Assembly (NCBI GenBank): GCA_021648445.1 | Contig: JAKISU010000002.1 | Span: 385 to 64,384 of the forward strand | Length of the DNA: 64,000 bases | Reading direction: 5' to 3' | Origin: Flavobacteriaceae bacterium | Lineage (GTDB): Bacteria > Bacteroidota > Bacteroidia > Flavobacteriales > Flavobacteriaceae | In this document: positions 29,407-39,564 of the stretch, one piece after another | Numbering within the stretch: position 1 is the first letter of the stretch | Layout: every line of letters starts with the position of its first letter | The notes under the pieces: model-generated | What the model was told of the DNA's origin: nothing | What the model saw: only the letters and a program-made list of their open reading frames with translations | The model's database searches: none | Position numbers and translations under genes: made by a program

Positions 29407-30696
29407 TTAATCGATAATATCTTTAATTACTTGTGTTAATTGTTTAGTTAAATTTTTTCGATGATATTGCTCAATCTCTTTTGAATCAACCACCAAGTTA
29501 TTGTTTTTATAAGCATTATAAAATTCTAAAATAGTATTTTTCAATGTTTCGGCATCTTCAAAATCTACAATGTTTCCTGAATTTGTTGTACTAATTATTT
29601 CTGCTAAATCTCCGTTGGTTGGTGCAATGGCTAAAATAGGGCGATTTGCTTGTAAATATTCAAATATTTTTCCGGTTATAATACCTTTAGCACTTGGCAC
29701 ATTATTGACAGCCAATAGCAAAACCTGAGCACTTTTTTGAAAAGCGATCACTTTGTTATGTGACAAATAATCTATCATTTCTACATTGGATATCAATCCG
29801 TTATTTTTAATACTCTCTAATACCTCATCAGCACACTTACCAATCAATTTCAATTGAAAATCATTGGCAAATGCATTATTTTCTTTTAAGATTTCAGATA
29901 GTACTTTCCAAAGTGTTTTTGGGTTTCTATCAGCATTCATCATACCAATGTGTACAAATGAAAATTTAGCATCTAATTCAACATCTTTTACTTCTTCGTT
30001 ATCGTCAAATCCGTTAGTAATTACCTCAATATTTTTATTGAATTTTAAATAATTTTCTTTCATGGTTTTACCAACTACCAAAACACAATCGGCATTACTG
30101 ACCACTTCTTTTTCTAATTGAAAATGCTTATCTATTGATTTTTGAGTTAATGGTAACTGATAAAAATAATCAATATCTGTCCAAGGGTCACGAAAATCAG
30201 CAATCCATTTTATCCCGAGGCTTCGGGATAGTTTTTGTTTTAATTGTAATCCTATCAAATGCAAACTATGTGGTGGACCTGTGCTAATTATTACATCAAC
30301 TTTATTATTCTCTAGATAATTAGTTAGATATTTTACAGAAGGTTTTATCCAATATTTACGTGCATCAGGTATAAAAAAGTTGGCTCTGATATATTGAGCA
30401 ATTTTTCCAAAAAAAGAAGGATTTGCATCTAAAAACCCTGCACTGGTTTTTTGTTTTTTACTACCAAAAAGTGACAATAAATTATTAGGCTCTTTAATGG
30501 GTTGTTTTAATATCTCAACAGTATTAGGCACTTCATTTTGAAGTGTTTCATCAACAATAGCATAATTTGGATTATCGACAGTATAAATTATAGGTTCTAT
30601 ATCAAAACCTTGTAAATACTTTACAAACTTCAGCCAGCGTTGTACACCAGAACCTCCGGCAGGAGGCCAATAATATGTTATAATCAATACTTTCAA
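29407..30696 (-). CDS. Glycosyltransferase family 4
   Basis: YYWPPAGGSGVQRW, ADFRDPW, GKIFEY. Confidence 0.92.
   Translation of the reverse strand: MKVLIITYYWPPAGGSGVQRWLKFVKYLQGFDIEPIIYTVDNPNYAIVDETLQNEVPNTVEILKQPIKEPNNLLSLFGSKKQKTSAGFLDANPSFFGKIAQYIRANFFIPDARKYWIKPSVKYLTNYLENNKVDVIISTGPPHSLHLIGLQLKQKLSRSLGIKWIADFRDPWTDIDYFYQLPLTQKSIDKHFQLEKEVVSNADCVLVVGKTMKENYLKFNKNIEVITNGFDDNEEVKDVELDAKFSFVHIGMMNADRNPKTLWKVLSEILKENNAFANDFQLKLIGKCADEVLESIKNNGLISNVEMIDYLSHNKVIAFQKSAQVLLLAVNNVPSAKGIITGKIFEYLQANRPILAIAPTNGDLAEIISTTNSGNIVDFEDAETLKNTILEFYNAYKNNNLVVDSKEIEQYHRKNLTKQLTQVIKDIID
30211..30230. repeat. Short hairpin element inside the GT4 gene (encodes LSRSLGI)
   Basis: tatcccgaggcttcgggata. Confidence 0.8.
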
Positions 30697-31886
30697 TTAC
30701 TCAATTCTTGATAGGTTTGTATTAATTTATTTGATGCTTTTTCCCAGCAAAATTCTTCTTCAATAAATTTCTTTCCATTTGCGCCTAATTGGTTTCTTAG
30801 AGCATCGTCAGTAAATAATTGCAAGATTTTTTCAGCAAAATCCTTACTGTCTTTTTCTATATGAACCAAGCCACTCTTAGTCCTTTTAATCAGGTTTTTC
30901 TGAGCAGTTGCATTACTTACCAAAACAGATTTTGCAAAACTCATATATTGAAATAATTTATTGGCATAAGCTACATCATGTTGAATATTTCTATATAATG
31001 GCGAAATACAAATTGTACTCGCTATAATATACGAAGGAAAGAGCTTTACATTTTGCCAGCCTTGAAAATCAACAGTTTCTTCAAGGTTCAGTTCTTTTAC
31101 TTTTTGTTTCAACACTATATCTGTAGTATTACTTCCTACAATAACTAATTTTATATTCTCAATAATACTTTTTAAGTGAGAGACTGCCTCAATTGCGGTT
31201 AACAAACCTCTTCTTATGCCTGTATCTCCCAAATACAAGATAACAAAATCATTTTTATATCTACTTAAAATGGCTTTATCTACAATATAATCTTCATAAA
31301 ATGATTTTCTGACAGTATTTGGTACAACTTTAATTTTAGAATCATTAATATTGGTTCTATTAACAACCTCATCTTTAAATTCATTAGAAACTGTAATGAT
31401 TTTGGTTGCTTTTTGAATAAACTCTTCCTCCTTCAGTTTCCATTTTTTAGGAGATATTAAATACTTTCCCGGAAATTTTTGAACATGAGGATAATGTTTC
31501 ATAATCTCAGGCATATTATCGTGCAGATCTAAAACTACAGGTAATTTTAATTTTTTACTGGCTTTAAAAACAGCTTCTCCAATTCTAATATCGTGAATAT
31601 GAATAGCTTCAATATTATATTTTGTTAGAAAGTTACTTATTTTTTGATACATCTTATTCGTATAGAAAGGAAAAGTATATGCTAATGCGGATAGTTTGTA
31701 TTCAAGTGTACTAGACTGATATCTTTTTACATGAATCCCATTTATAACTTCACTTTCTAATTGATCAGCATCATATTTTAGGCAAAATAGATATACTTCA
31801 AAACCATTTTCTACTAAAGAAACTGCTTCATTTTCAACCCTAGGATCGGGCGGAAAGGTTTTGTCAAGTATCATTCCTATTCGCAT
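30693..31886 (-). CDS. Glycosyltransferase family 4
   Basis: PPDPRVENEA, NKLFQYM. Confidence 0.9.
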   Translation of the reverse strand: MRIGMILDKTFPPDPRVENEAVSLVENGFEVYLFCLKYDADQLESEVINGIHVKRYQSSTLEYKLSALAYTFPFYTNKMYQKISNFLTKYNIEAIHIHDIRIGEAVFKASKKLKLPVVLDLHDNMPEIMKHYPHVQKFPGKYLISPKKWKLKEEEFIQKATKIITVSNEFKDEVVNRTNINDSKIKVVPNTVRKSFYEDYIVDKAILSRYKNDFVILYLGDTGIRRGLLTAIEAVSHLKSIIENIKLVIVGSNTTDIVLKQKVKELNLEETVDFQGWQNVKLFPSYIIASTICISPLYRNIQHDVAYANKLFQYMSFAKSVLVSNATAQKNLIKRTKSGLVHIEKDSKDFAEKILQLFTDDALRNQLGANGKKFIEEEFCWEKASNKLIQTYQELSN

Positions 31887-31888
31887 AA

Positions 31889-32398
31889 TTATCTTTCAGC
31901 GTAAACAGCGTAATATCTAGGGATAAATTTTCGTAAAATAGGTCTGAATCCTATTTTATTGACCGGGCTGGTCCATTTTTGAGTTTCTTTAATATTCCAT
32001 CCAGATTTTTCTAATAGCCAATCAAACTGCCAATCTTCAAACTCATGGTAATGTCTATCCCATTCTTCGGTTTTTGATCTATATGCTTTTGCAAACCACA
32101 AATTAAGTGGAATAGTAGCAATCAATTTAGTTGATTCTATGGCTTGTAAAACATTAAAAGGCGCTAATAAATGTTCAAATATTTCAAAAGCCGTTACAGC
32201 ATCTACTTTATACCTTTTTACTACTTCAGGTAACACATCTAAATCTTCACCTTCGGTATTGTAGACAGTATAACCATGTTGTTCCATAATTTCACTAAAT
32301 ACATTACGGGTTCCTAAATCTAAAATTGTAGCAGGCGCCGGTAATACTTTTTGCAAAAATTCAATAGTGTGATTATACCTTTTATTATGATGGCTCAT
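31889..32398 (-). CDS. Class I SAM-dependent methyltransferase
   Basis: ILDLG, FEIFEHL. Confidence 0.8.
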   Translation of the reverse strand: MSHHNKRYNHTIEFLQKVLPAPATILDLGTRNVFSEIMEQHGYTVYNTEGEDLDVLPEVVKRYKVDAVTAFEIFEHLLAPFNVLQAIESTKLIATIPLNLWFAKAYRSKTEEWDRHYHEFEDWQFDWLLEKSGWNIKETQKWTSPVNKIGFRPILRKFIPRYYAVYAER

Positions 32399-34817
32399 TT
32401 CGATTTTTCTTTTTTTCTACAAAGAACCAACCCAACGGAATTAATAATAAAAAGGCATAAGAAATAAGTGTAATTGTATTTCCCTTTTTAATGACGGTAG
32501 GTTCAAATTTAAAAACGATTTTATGCTTCCCTTGGGGAATTATCATTGCTCTCAATACATAATTTGCCCTGAAATGCGGCAATAATTTACCATCTACATA
32601 AGCGTTCCATCCATTTTTATAATATATTTCAGAAAATACAGCCAGTTGCTCAGTTGTAGTACTGCTTTCATAAACCATTTCGTTAGCTTGATAAGAAGTT
32701 AATTTAATACTGGCTAGACTGTCTTTTGCAAAAGACAATTTGGGTATTTCATTTTTAAATTCTACATTTATAATGCCTTTTTGTTTTGTCTTTAAGCTGT
32801 CTAAACCTTTAATTTCTTCATCAGCAGAGTTTACAAATTCCACTTCATTAACAAACCAAGCATTACCATTTGCTTCACTATTTAGTTGTAATCTAGGAAC
32901 TCCTTCATTATCTGGAAAAATAATATATTTAGTGTTAAGCATATTTAACACTTCATAATTATTTTTAGCTATTTGATGTTCAAATAATTCTTGATAACGT
33001 CTTGGTTTAGCAGCATGATAACCACCTATAGAATTATGAAAATATGAAGTGCTTCCGTCGTTCATTGGATCAACCAAAAAATTGATTACTCTATAATGTG
33101 ATCTATCTTTTAAAATCTCTTTATCAATAGCTGTTGCCTGAAAAGGTTTTTCTTCTTGTTTTTTCGACACAAAATCATCGGCATTTACATAACGTTTATT
33201 TACACCAACCAAATCAAATAAGATTAACACAGCAAATGCAATTATAGTTACATTTTTATTTATTTTCCGCTTTAAAAATGCCCATAATAGACCTGCAGAA
33301 AACAAAACTAATAGTAATGAACGTAAACTATCTTTAAAGAAAATAGACTTTCTATCAGTAATAATAACTTCGCTGAATCCTGGTAATTGTTGTTCTAAAC
33401 CGGCATCTCTAAAACTTTCAAAATTAAATAAACTAGTACCAAATAGTGTAAATAATAATGTGACGCCTCCTACTCCATACAGTGCATATTTTAAATATTT
33501 TAAACGCTCAACATTTTCTTTTTCGGTTTTTAAAAACTGATTTAATGTAATTATAGCCAATAAAGGCACAGCCAATTCAGCAATTACCTGAAAAGAAGAA
33601 ACTGCTCTAAATTTATTATATAAGGGTACATAATCAATAAAAAAGTTGGTCATTGTAGGAAAATTCTTCCCCCAACTCAATAAAATGGAAAAGATTGTTG
33701 CTACAAGTAGCCATTTTTTAAGCTTACCTTTAACTAAAAAGAGCCCTAATACAAATAAAAATATAAGAACAGCACCTATATAAGCAGGTGCTTCAACAAA
33801 AGTTTGTTCTCCCCAATACATTGGTAAATTTTCTGAATAACTTTTAGCTTGCGTTCTCCCGATTTTATCCTTTAAAAATTGATACGTTTCAGAATCCTTT
33901 CCTAAATTTTCTCTATTACCTCCACCATAAAACCTTGGTATTAATAAGTTAAAAGTTTCTACTTTACCATAACTATATTCAGTAATATATTCTTTAGATA
34001 AACCGGTAGTTATATTTTCTTTCTGTTTACCTTCTGGTGTAATGGTTAATTCACTTTTACTTCTGGTACTTTCATTAGCATATTCTTTAGTGGCTAATAA
34101 GCTTGTTGCATTTACGCCCACTGCTAAAATCACAGCAACAACCATAATAGCAATACTTTTAAAATATGTTAGAATTGTTTTTTCTTTTACAGCATCTATC
34201 AGATAAACTATTCCTAAAATAAGTACCATAAATAGCAGATAATAGGTCATTTGAGGGTGGCTGGCATTAATTTCAAATGCCATTCCTAATGTTGTTAAAA
34301 TAAATCCTAGTAAATAATTGCGTTTAAAAACGGATAAAATTCCCGCTAAAACAATAGGCATATATGCAATAGCATGAGCTTTTGCATTATGACCAGCGCC
34401 AAAAATAATGATGAAATAAGTTGAAAAACCAAAAGCCAGCGCACCTACAATGGCTAGTTTCCATTCAACTTTTAATACATATAACAGTATAAAAAAACCT
34501 AAAAAATACAAGAACAAATAATCTGCCGGACGTGGTAAAAAGCGCAATAGCAAATCTACTTTTTTAATATAATTATGAGGATAGTAGGCGCTCACATTAT
34601 AGGCTGGCATACCACCAAAAGCTCTATTTGTCCAATAAGGTTCCTGATTGTGTTCTGCTCTGAAATCAACAATTTCTTTTGAAATGCCTCTAAACTGAGC
34701 AATATCACTTTGAAATAATTTTTTTCCTTCTAATACCGGAGAAAAATAAGCCAATGAAACAATGACAAATACTAAAATTGTTATTAAAAGAGGAGTTATT
34801 TTATTGTTCTTTATCAT
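32385..34817 (-). CDS. YfhO family multi-TM (GT-C-like) protein
   Basis: WTNRAFGGMP, GGYHAAKP, SEIYYKNGWNAYVDG. Confidence 0.88.
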   Translation of the reverse strand: MIKNNKITPLLITILVFVIVSLAYFSPVLEGKKLFQSDIAQFRGISKEIVDFRAEHNQEPYWTNRAFGGMPAYNVSAYYPHNYIKKVDLLLRFLPRPADYLFLYFLGFFILLYVLKVEWKLAIVGALAFGFSTYFIIIFGAGHNAKAHAIAYMPIVLAGILSVFKRNYLLGFILTTLGMAFEINASHPQMTYYLLFMVLILGIVYLIDAVKEKTILTYFKSIAIMVVAVILAVGVNATSLLATKEYANESTRSKSELTITPEGKQKENITTGLSKEYITEYSYGKVETFNLLIPRFYGGGNRENLGKDSETYQFLKDKIGRTQAKSYSENLPMYWGEQTFVEAPAYIGAVLIFLFVLGLFLVKGKLKKWLLVATIFSILLSWGKNFPTMTNFFIDYVPLYNKFRAVSSFQVIAELAVPLLAIITLNQFLKTEKENVERLKYLKYALYGVGGVTLLFTLFGTSLFNFESFRDAGLEQQLPGFSEVIITDRKSIFFKDSLRSLLLVLFSAGLLWAFLKRKINKNVTIIAFAVLILFDLVGVNKRYVNADDFVSKKQEEKPFQATAIDKEILKDRSHYRVINFLVDPMNDGSTSYFHNSIGGYHAAKPRRYQELFEHQIAKNNYEVLNMLNTKYIIFPDNEGVPRLQLNSEANGNAWFVNEVEFVNSADEEIKGLDSLKTKQKGIINVEFKNEIPKLSFAKDSLASIKLTSYQANEMVYESSTTTEQLAVFSEIYYKNGWNAYVDGKLLPHFRANYVLRAMIIPQGKHKIVFKFEPTVIKKGNTITLISYAFLLLIPLGWFFVEKKKNRNEPS

Positions 34818-34825
34818 TCTTTTAA

Positions 34826-35101
34826 CTATTCTATTTCTTCATAATCGACATATTCTCCTGCTTCATCATTATTTTTTTTAGTTTGTCTTGGGGCTTTATC
34901 TATTACTGTTTCTCCTTCTTTTATAGAAGATTCATTTGTAGCGCTTCTATGTTGTTGTTCATTGAATTTTTTCTCTACATTGCTCATTACTTTTTTAAAA
35001 AGTAACGGAAACACCAGTCTTGCAATAAATTTAAATGCATAATAGACAAGTACAATAATTAGTATGGTTCTGATAAAGTTCATTAATCCTGCTTGTTGCA
35101 T
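34826..35101 (-). CDS. DUF4834-like small membrane protein
   Basis: TM helix and C-terminal GEYVDYEEIE. Confidence 0.8.
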   Translation of the reverse strand: MQQAGLMNFIRTILIIVLVYYAFKFIARLVFPLLFKKVMSNVEKKFNEQQHRSATNESSIKEGETVIDKAPRQTKKNNDEAGEYVDYEEIE

Positions 35102-35120
35102 AAAATATTAATCGGTAAAT

Positions 35121-35303
35121 GTATTAAACCTCAAAGTATCCTGATATCTCTAAACAGAATCCTTTAAGGCGAATCGTCCGTCAAAGACCGACAAGGTATT
35201 AACCTTAGAACCCGCTGATTCCGATAACTATCGGGAGCGGGATTAGTTCAACTTACAATTTTGAGAAATTTGTAAAACAAACTCAAAATTGAGTTTCACT
35301 AAT
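35121..35303. mobile_element. Multi-hairpin repeat family C, copy 1 (IS200/IS605-like MITE or structured RNA)
   Basis: gtattaaacc...aggtattaa...cccgct/agcggg...ttagttcaact...gagtttcactaat, shared with 41161-41313. Confidence 0.7.
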
Positions 35304-35373
35304 AAATTTTAATGTTGTTCCCAAAAATAACAATTTGAACGCAACTAAAGCGTTTAGTTATAGATAAAATGTT

Positions 35374-35556
35374 TTAAGATTGTTCTAAAAGTTCATTCAC
35401 ATCAAAATTTTTATAGTTAATAGCCTTGAAACCTAAGAAAAACAAGGTGAAGAATTATAAAATCCCTTACGGGAACAAAAATAACAAGCAATATGTCTTG
35501 CATCTTAATTTATTATCTTTGTTTTTTGAAAGAAATGAACTTTTAGAATCAACTTA
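35374..35556. mobile_element. Diverged MITE family E copy (inverted, internally deleted)
   Basis: TIR-like aagattgttctaaaagttcatt / aatgaacttttagaatcaactt; the reverse complement matches the ttctttcaaaaaacaaagataat...aagatg block of the 23973 copy. Confidence 0.7.
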
Positions 35557-35579
35557 TATTTGTAAAATATAATATAGTT

Positions 35580-36743
35580 ATGCGAAAAATCGGGTTGTTT
35601 TTACTTTTTGTTGGCTGTTTCTATACAAGTTCAGCTCAATATACCGAATTGATCAATTCAAGAAGACCGGGTTTTTCTGACAGTCCTTTTAGTGTGGGTA
35701 CAGATGTTTTACAATTTGAGGGAGGCTTATTCTATGAAAAAATAAAAAATGATGACTATAAAATTGGCTCTTTGGGGACAGATATTATGGTTCGTTATGG
35801 TAAGTTTTTCGAAAAATTAGAAGTCAATTTAAACCTCATTTTTCAATATGATCAAGTAAACTATCAAAATACTACAATACCCGATATTTCCAAAACAAAT
35901 TTGAATCAGTTAACCATAGGAGCTAAGTATTTGGTTTATATGCCTAAATACAAAGACAGAACAAAAGAAATACGTAGTTGGAAAAAAAAGACTCGTTTTG
36001 ATTGGAAACGTTTAGTACCAGCAGTTGCTGTATATGCAGGTGCTAATATACCAATTACTGAAAGCTTTATAAGTGGTAATTTTCCCGGATATGTAGAAGG
36101 TTCATTTAGTCCGAGGATAGCTATTTACACTCAAAATGATTTTACCGATAGGTTTATCTTTTTGACAAATCTAGTTATGGATAGAATTGGTTCCGGACAA
36201 AAAGAAAATTCTTATATATTAACCGGTACTTATTCTTTAACTGAAAAAGTATCTGTTTTTGCTGAACATCAAGGTATTTTTAAAGATGATGGCATTCCTA
36301 ATGATTATCAGTTTGGTGGTGGTGCAGCTTATTTATTGTCTAAAAATATGCAAGCTGATATTTCTTTTAGAGCGATTAGCGATAGAGATGGTTCTACTTC
36401 TTTATTTAGTGCCGGTTTGGCTTGGCGACTAGATAAACATAGAGATCAATTTAATATGGTTGACTCAGATGGTAATGTAACAAAAGCCAAAAAAGAAGGT
36501 AATTTCTTTTCAAGATTATTTGGTAGTAAGAAAGATAAAAATCAACGTAAAGTTAAAAAGGTAAAAGCTAAAAAACGTAAAATTAAAGAGCTGAAACCTA
36601 AGAAAAGTAAGAAACAGAAAAGGACTGAAAAAGAAGCTAAAAAGAAGGAAAAAGTAGCAAGAAAAAAAGAAAAAAAGAAGGAAAAAGATTATGATAAAAA
36701 TTATGAACCTCCAAAAGATAATTCTGTAGATGATAACAATTAA
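35580..36743 (+). CDS. Outer-membrane 'transporter' (MetA-pathway/phenol degradation-like barrel) with Lys-rich tail
   Basis: Signal peptide, INSRRPG...VLQFEGG motif. Confidence 0.75.
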   Translation: MRKIGLFLLFVGCFYTSSAQYTELINSRRPGFSDSPFSVGTDVLQFEGGLFYEKIKNDDYKIGSLGTDIMVRYGKFFEKLEVNLNLIFQYDQVNYQNTTIPDISKTNLNQLTIGAKYLVYMPKYKDRTKEIRSWKKKTRFDWKRLVPAVAVYAGANIPITESFISGNFPGYVEGSFSPRIAIYTQNDFTDRFIFLTNLVMDRIGSGQKENSYILTGTYSLTEKVSVFAEHQGIFKDDGIPNDYQFGGGAAYLLSKNMQADISFRAISDRDGSTSLFSAGLAWRLDKHRDQFNMVDSDGNVTKAKKEGNFFSRLFGSKKDKNQRKVKKVKAKKRKIKELKPKKSKKQKRTEKEAKKKEKVARKKEKKKEKDYDKNYEPPKDNSVDDNN

Positions 36744-37848
36744 AGAAATTGTTACAAAAAAAGAATTAAAACAATTTGTTAAGTTTCCTTTTAGCTTATA
36801 TAAAGATAACCCATATTGGGTGCCACCAATAATTAATGATGAACTAGCCGGGTTCGATAAGTCTAAAAATCCTGCTTTTGAAAATGCTGAAGTACATTTC
36901 TTTTTAGCTTATAAAAACAGTACCATCGTTGGTAAAGTAGTTGCCATCTTAAACTGGATAGAGATCAAACAACAAGGGTTAAAAAAAATGCGGTTTGGCT
37001 GGTTTGATGTTATTGATGATATTGATGTAACCAAAACACTTCTTGATAAGGTTTACGAAATAGGCAAACAACATAATTTAGAATATATTGAAGGACCTGT
37101 TGGTTTTTCAAATTTAGATAAAGTGGGTATTTTAACCGATGGTTTTGATGAATTAAATACCATGAATACTTGGTATAATCATCCTTATTACAAAACCCAT
37201 TTAGAGCAATTGGGTTATGTTAAAGAAAAAGAGTACATAGAAAATAAGTTTCCGTTTAGTAATATAAAACCAGAATATTTTCAAAAAGCTCAAACATTAA
37301 TTAAAAAACGATATCAGCTTAAATCACTTAATTTTTCAAGCACAAAGCAATTAATGCCTTATGTAGATGAGATGTTTGATCTGTTTAACGAAAGTTATGC
37401 TAAACTAAGTACTTTTGTACCTATTTCAGATACACAAAAAGAGTATTTTAAAAAGAAATACATCAGTTTTATAAATCCTGAATTCATAACATTTGTTGTA
37501 GATAAAAATGAAAAAATAGTAGCTTTTGCGATTGTAATGCCTTCATTTGCCAAAGCCTTACAAAAAGCAAATGGCAAACTCTTTCCGTTTGGAATATTTC
37601 ATCTATTAAAAGCAAAAAAAAGGACTAAAGATGTGATTTTTTATCTTATTGGTGTACATCCTGATTATCAAAATAAAGGAGTACATGCCATTATTTTTGA
37701 CCAATATTATAATGTTTTTTCAAAAAAAGGAATACAAAATTGTATCAGAGGTCCTGAGTTAGCAGACAATATTGCTATTCATCAATTGTGGAAACGTTTT
37801 GATCCGAAAATTTATAGAAAAAGGAGAACTTATCGTAAGGGTATATAA
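36730..37848 (+). CDS. GNAT-fold protein (YghO-like)
   Basis: LYKDNPYWVPP, RFGWFD, LIGVHPDYQNKG acetyl-CoA motif. Confidence 0.8.
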   Translation: MITIKEIVTKKELKQFVKFPFSLYKDNPYWVPPIINDELAGFDKSKNPAFENAEVHFFLAYKNSTIVGKVVAILNWIEIKQQGLKKMRFGWFDVIDDIDVTKTLLDKVYEIGKQHNLEYIEGPVGFSNLDKVGILTDGFDELNTMNTWYNHPYYKTHLEQLGYVKEKEYIENKFPFSNIKPEYFQKAQTLIKKRYQLKSLNFSSTKQLMPYVDEMFDLFNESYAKLSTFVPISDTQKEYFKKKYISFINPEFITFVVDKNEKIVAFAIVMPSFAKALQKANGKLFPFGIFHLLKAKKRTKDVIFYLIGVHPDYQNKGVHAIIFDQYYNVFSKKGIQNCIRGPELADNIAIHQLWKRFDPKIYRKRRTYRKGI

Positions 37849-37860
37849 TAATTTTCTGAA

Positions 37861-38006
37861 CATTCAAAATAGCAAATCCCAAATAACAAACACCAAATAA
37901 TTCACAATGTTCAATTATCAAATATTTAAAACTAAGGTCATAAATTGATTTAGATTTGAGATGATTGATATTTATTTGTAATTTAGATATTGTGTTTTTG
38001 GAATTT
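37861..38006. repeat. Degenerate heptamer-based long inverted repeat
   Basis: Left arm aaatccc-aaataac-aaacacc-aaataat; right arm atttatttgtaatttagatattgtgtttttggaattt. Confidence 0.55.
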
Positions 38007-38045
38007 AAACAATATACAATTACAGTATCTGACTTAAAATAATAT

Positions 38046-38750
38046 ATGCAGCTTTTTTACAACGCCAATATAACCGACACCAAGCAATTCACTTTCGATA
38101 AAACTGAAAGTAGGCATATTGTTCGTGTGCTCCGTAAAAAAACAGGTGATCAATTGTTTATTACCAATGGTAAAGGGTTATTATTTAATTCAGAAATAAG
38201 TATCGCTAACGATAAAAAATGTTTAGTTACTATTATTAAGGTTGATAAAAAACCTAAACCTTGGAATTATCATTTACATATAGCCATTGCCCCTACTAAA
38301 AGTATGGATAGATATGAGTGGTTTTTAGAAAAGGCTACCGAAATTGGAATTGATGAAATTACACCTTTGTTGTGTGACCATTCTGAAAGAAAAATACTTA
38401 AGGCAGAACGTTTAGAAAAAATTATAGAATCTGCTATGAAACAGTCACTAAAGTTTCATTTACCAAAATTGAATCCTTTAATAAAATTTTCTGATTTCAT
38501 AAATCATGATTTTGACAGTAATTTATATATCGCACACTGTGAAAAAGCGAATAAACAAACATTAAAATCAGTTTTATTACCAAATCAAAAAATAACCATT
38601 TTAATTGGCCCTGAAGGTGATTTTTCTAGTTCAGAAATTGAAAAAGCCATTCAACAAAATTTCACTCCTATTTCTTTAGGTGAAAGCAGACTACGTACTG
38701 AAACTGCCGGTGTGGTTGCTACGCAAATGGTTTCGTTTATAAATCAATAA
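38046..38750 (+). CDS. rsmE: 16S rRNA m3U1498 methyltransferase
   Basis: HIVRVLR, EKATEIG, IGPEGDFS, RLRTETA. Confidence 0.96.
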   Translation: MQLFYNANITDTKQFTFDKTESRHIVRVLRKKTGDQLFITNGKGLLFNSEISIANDKKCLVTIIKVDKKPKPWNYHLHIAIAPTKSMDRYEWFLEKATEIGIDEITPLLCDHSERKILKAERLEKIIESAMKQSLKFHLPKLNPLIKFSDFINHDFDSNLYIAHCEKANKQTLKSVLLPNQKITILIGPEGDFSSSEIEKAIQQNFTPISLGESRLRTETAGVVATQMVSFINQ

Positions 38751-38779
38751 AAAGCATCTACATAATATGTAGATGCTTT
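38751..38779. terminator. Bidirectional intrinsic terminator
   Basis: aaagcatctacat-aat-atgtagatgcttt between convergent genes. Confidence 0.8.
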
Positions 38780-38802
38780 AATTATTTTAATTCAATAAGT
38801 AG

Positions 38803-39456
38803 TTAAGCTTTTTTAGCCGTTATTTTAATAACAAATTCAATTTCGTCATTAATCAACTTATCTTTTAAATTATCAAAGAATTTTCCTGAATTGTATTTTA
38901 TATCCCATTCAGTTCTATCAATAGTAAAAGGCTCACTTTTAAAAGTAACTTCACCTCCATTAACAGTTATAGCTGCCGGAAATTGAATATTCTTTTTAAT
39001 CCCTTTTATGGTTAAATTTCCTTTGATCATAGACATACCAACTTCTTCATCAACTCCGGTAATTGTAAAAACAGTAAATGCATGATTTTCTACATCAAAA
39101 AAATCTGCATTTTTCAAATGATTTATAAGCTTTGTGTTATACTCTGCATCTTTTATATCTAAATTCTTGATGGTCTTCATATCAATAATAAAGTTGCCTC
39201 CACTTAGTTTATCATTATCAAAAGCTAAATAACCTTCAGAAATTTTTATAGTTCCATTGTGAGATTCTGTTGGTTTAAAGCCCTTCCAAGCAACTGCAGA
39301 GCTATCAATATCAGCAATATAACGTATTGCTTCAGATTGTATCTGAGACACTTCTTCAGCATCTTTTGCTTCAGTTTCATTTTTTGCCTTTTTACAAGCT
39401 ACAATTGATAATCCAATAAAAAGGATAGTAGTTATTTTAAATAATCGATTCTTCAT
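38803..39456 (-). CDS. YceI family lipoprotein
   Basis: Lipobox IVAC, WKGFK, HLKNADFFDV, IDRTEWDI. Confidence 0.9.
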   Translation of the reverse strand: MKNRLFKITTILFIGLSIVACKKAKNETEAKDAEEVSQIQSEAIRYIADIDSSAVAWKGFKPTESHNGTIKISEGYLAFDNDKLSGGNFIIDMKTIKNLDIKDAEYNTKLINHLKNADFFDVENHAFTVFTITGVDEEVGMSMIKGNLTIKGIKKNIQFPAAITVNGGEVTFKSEPFTIDRTEWDIKYNSGKFFDNLKDKLINDEIEFVIKITAKKA

Positions 39457-39564
39457 TATATATTAGTTTTATAATTTGGTGTCAAATTTAAACTTTTTGA
39501 TTTTGTTTTGTAAACAAAAAATGAAAAAAATTATGTAGGTTTGTTACCAACCACATTAAAGGTT

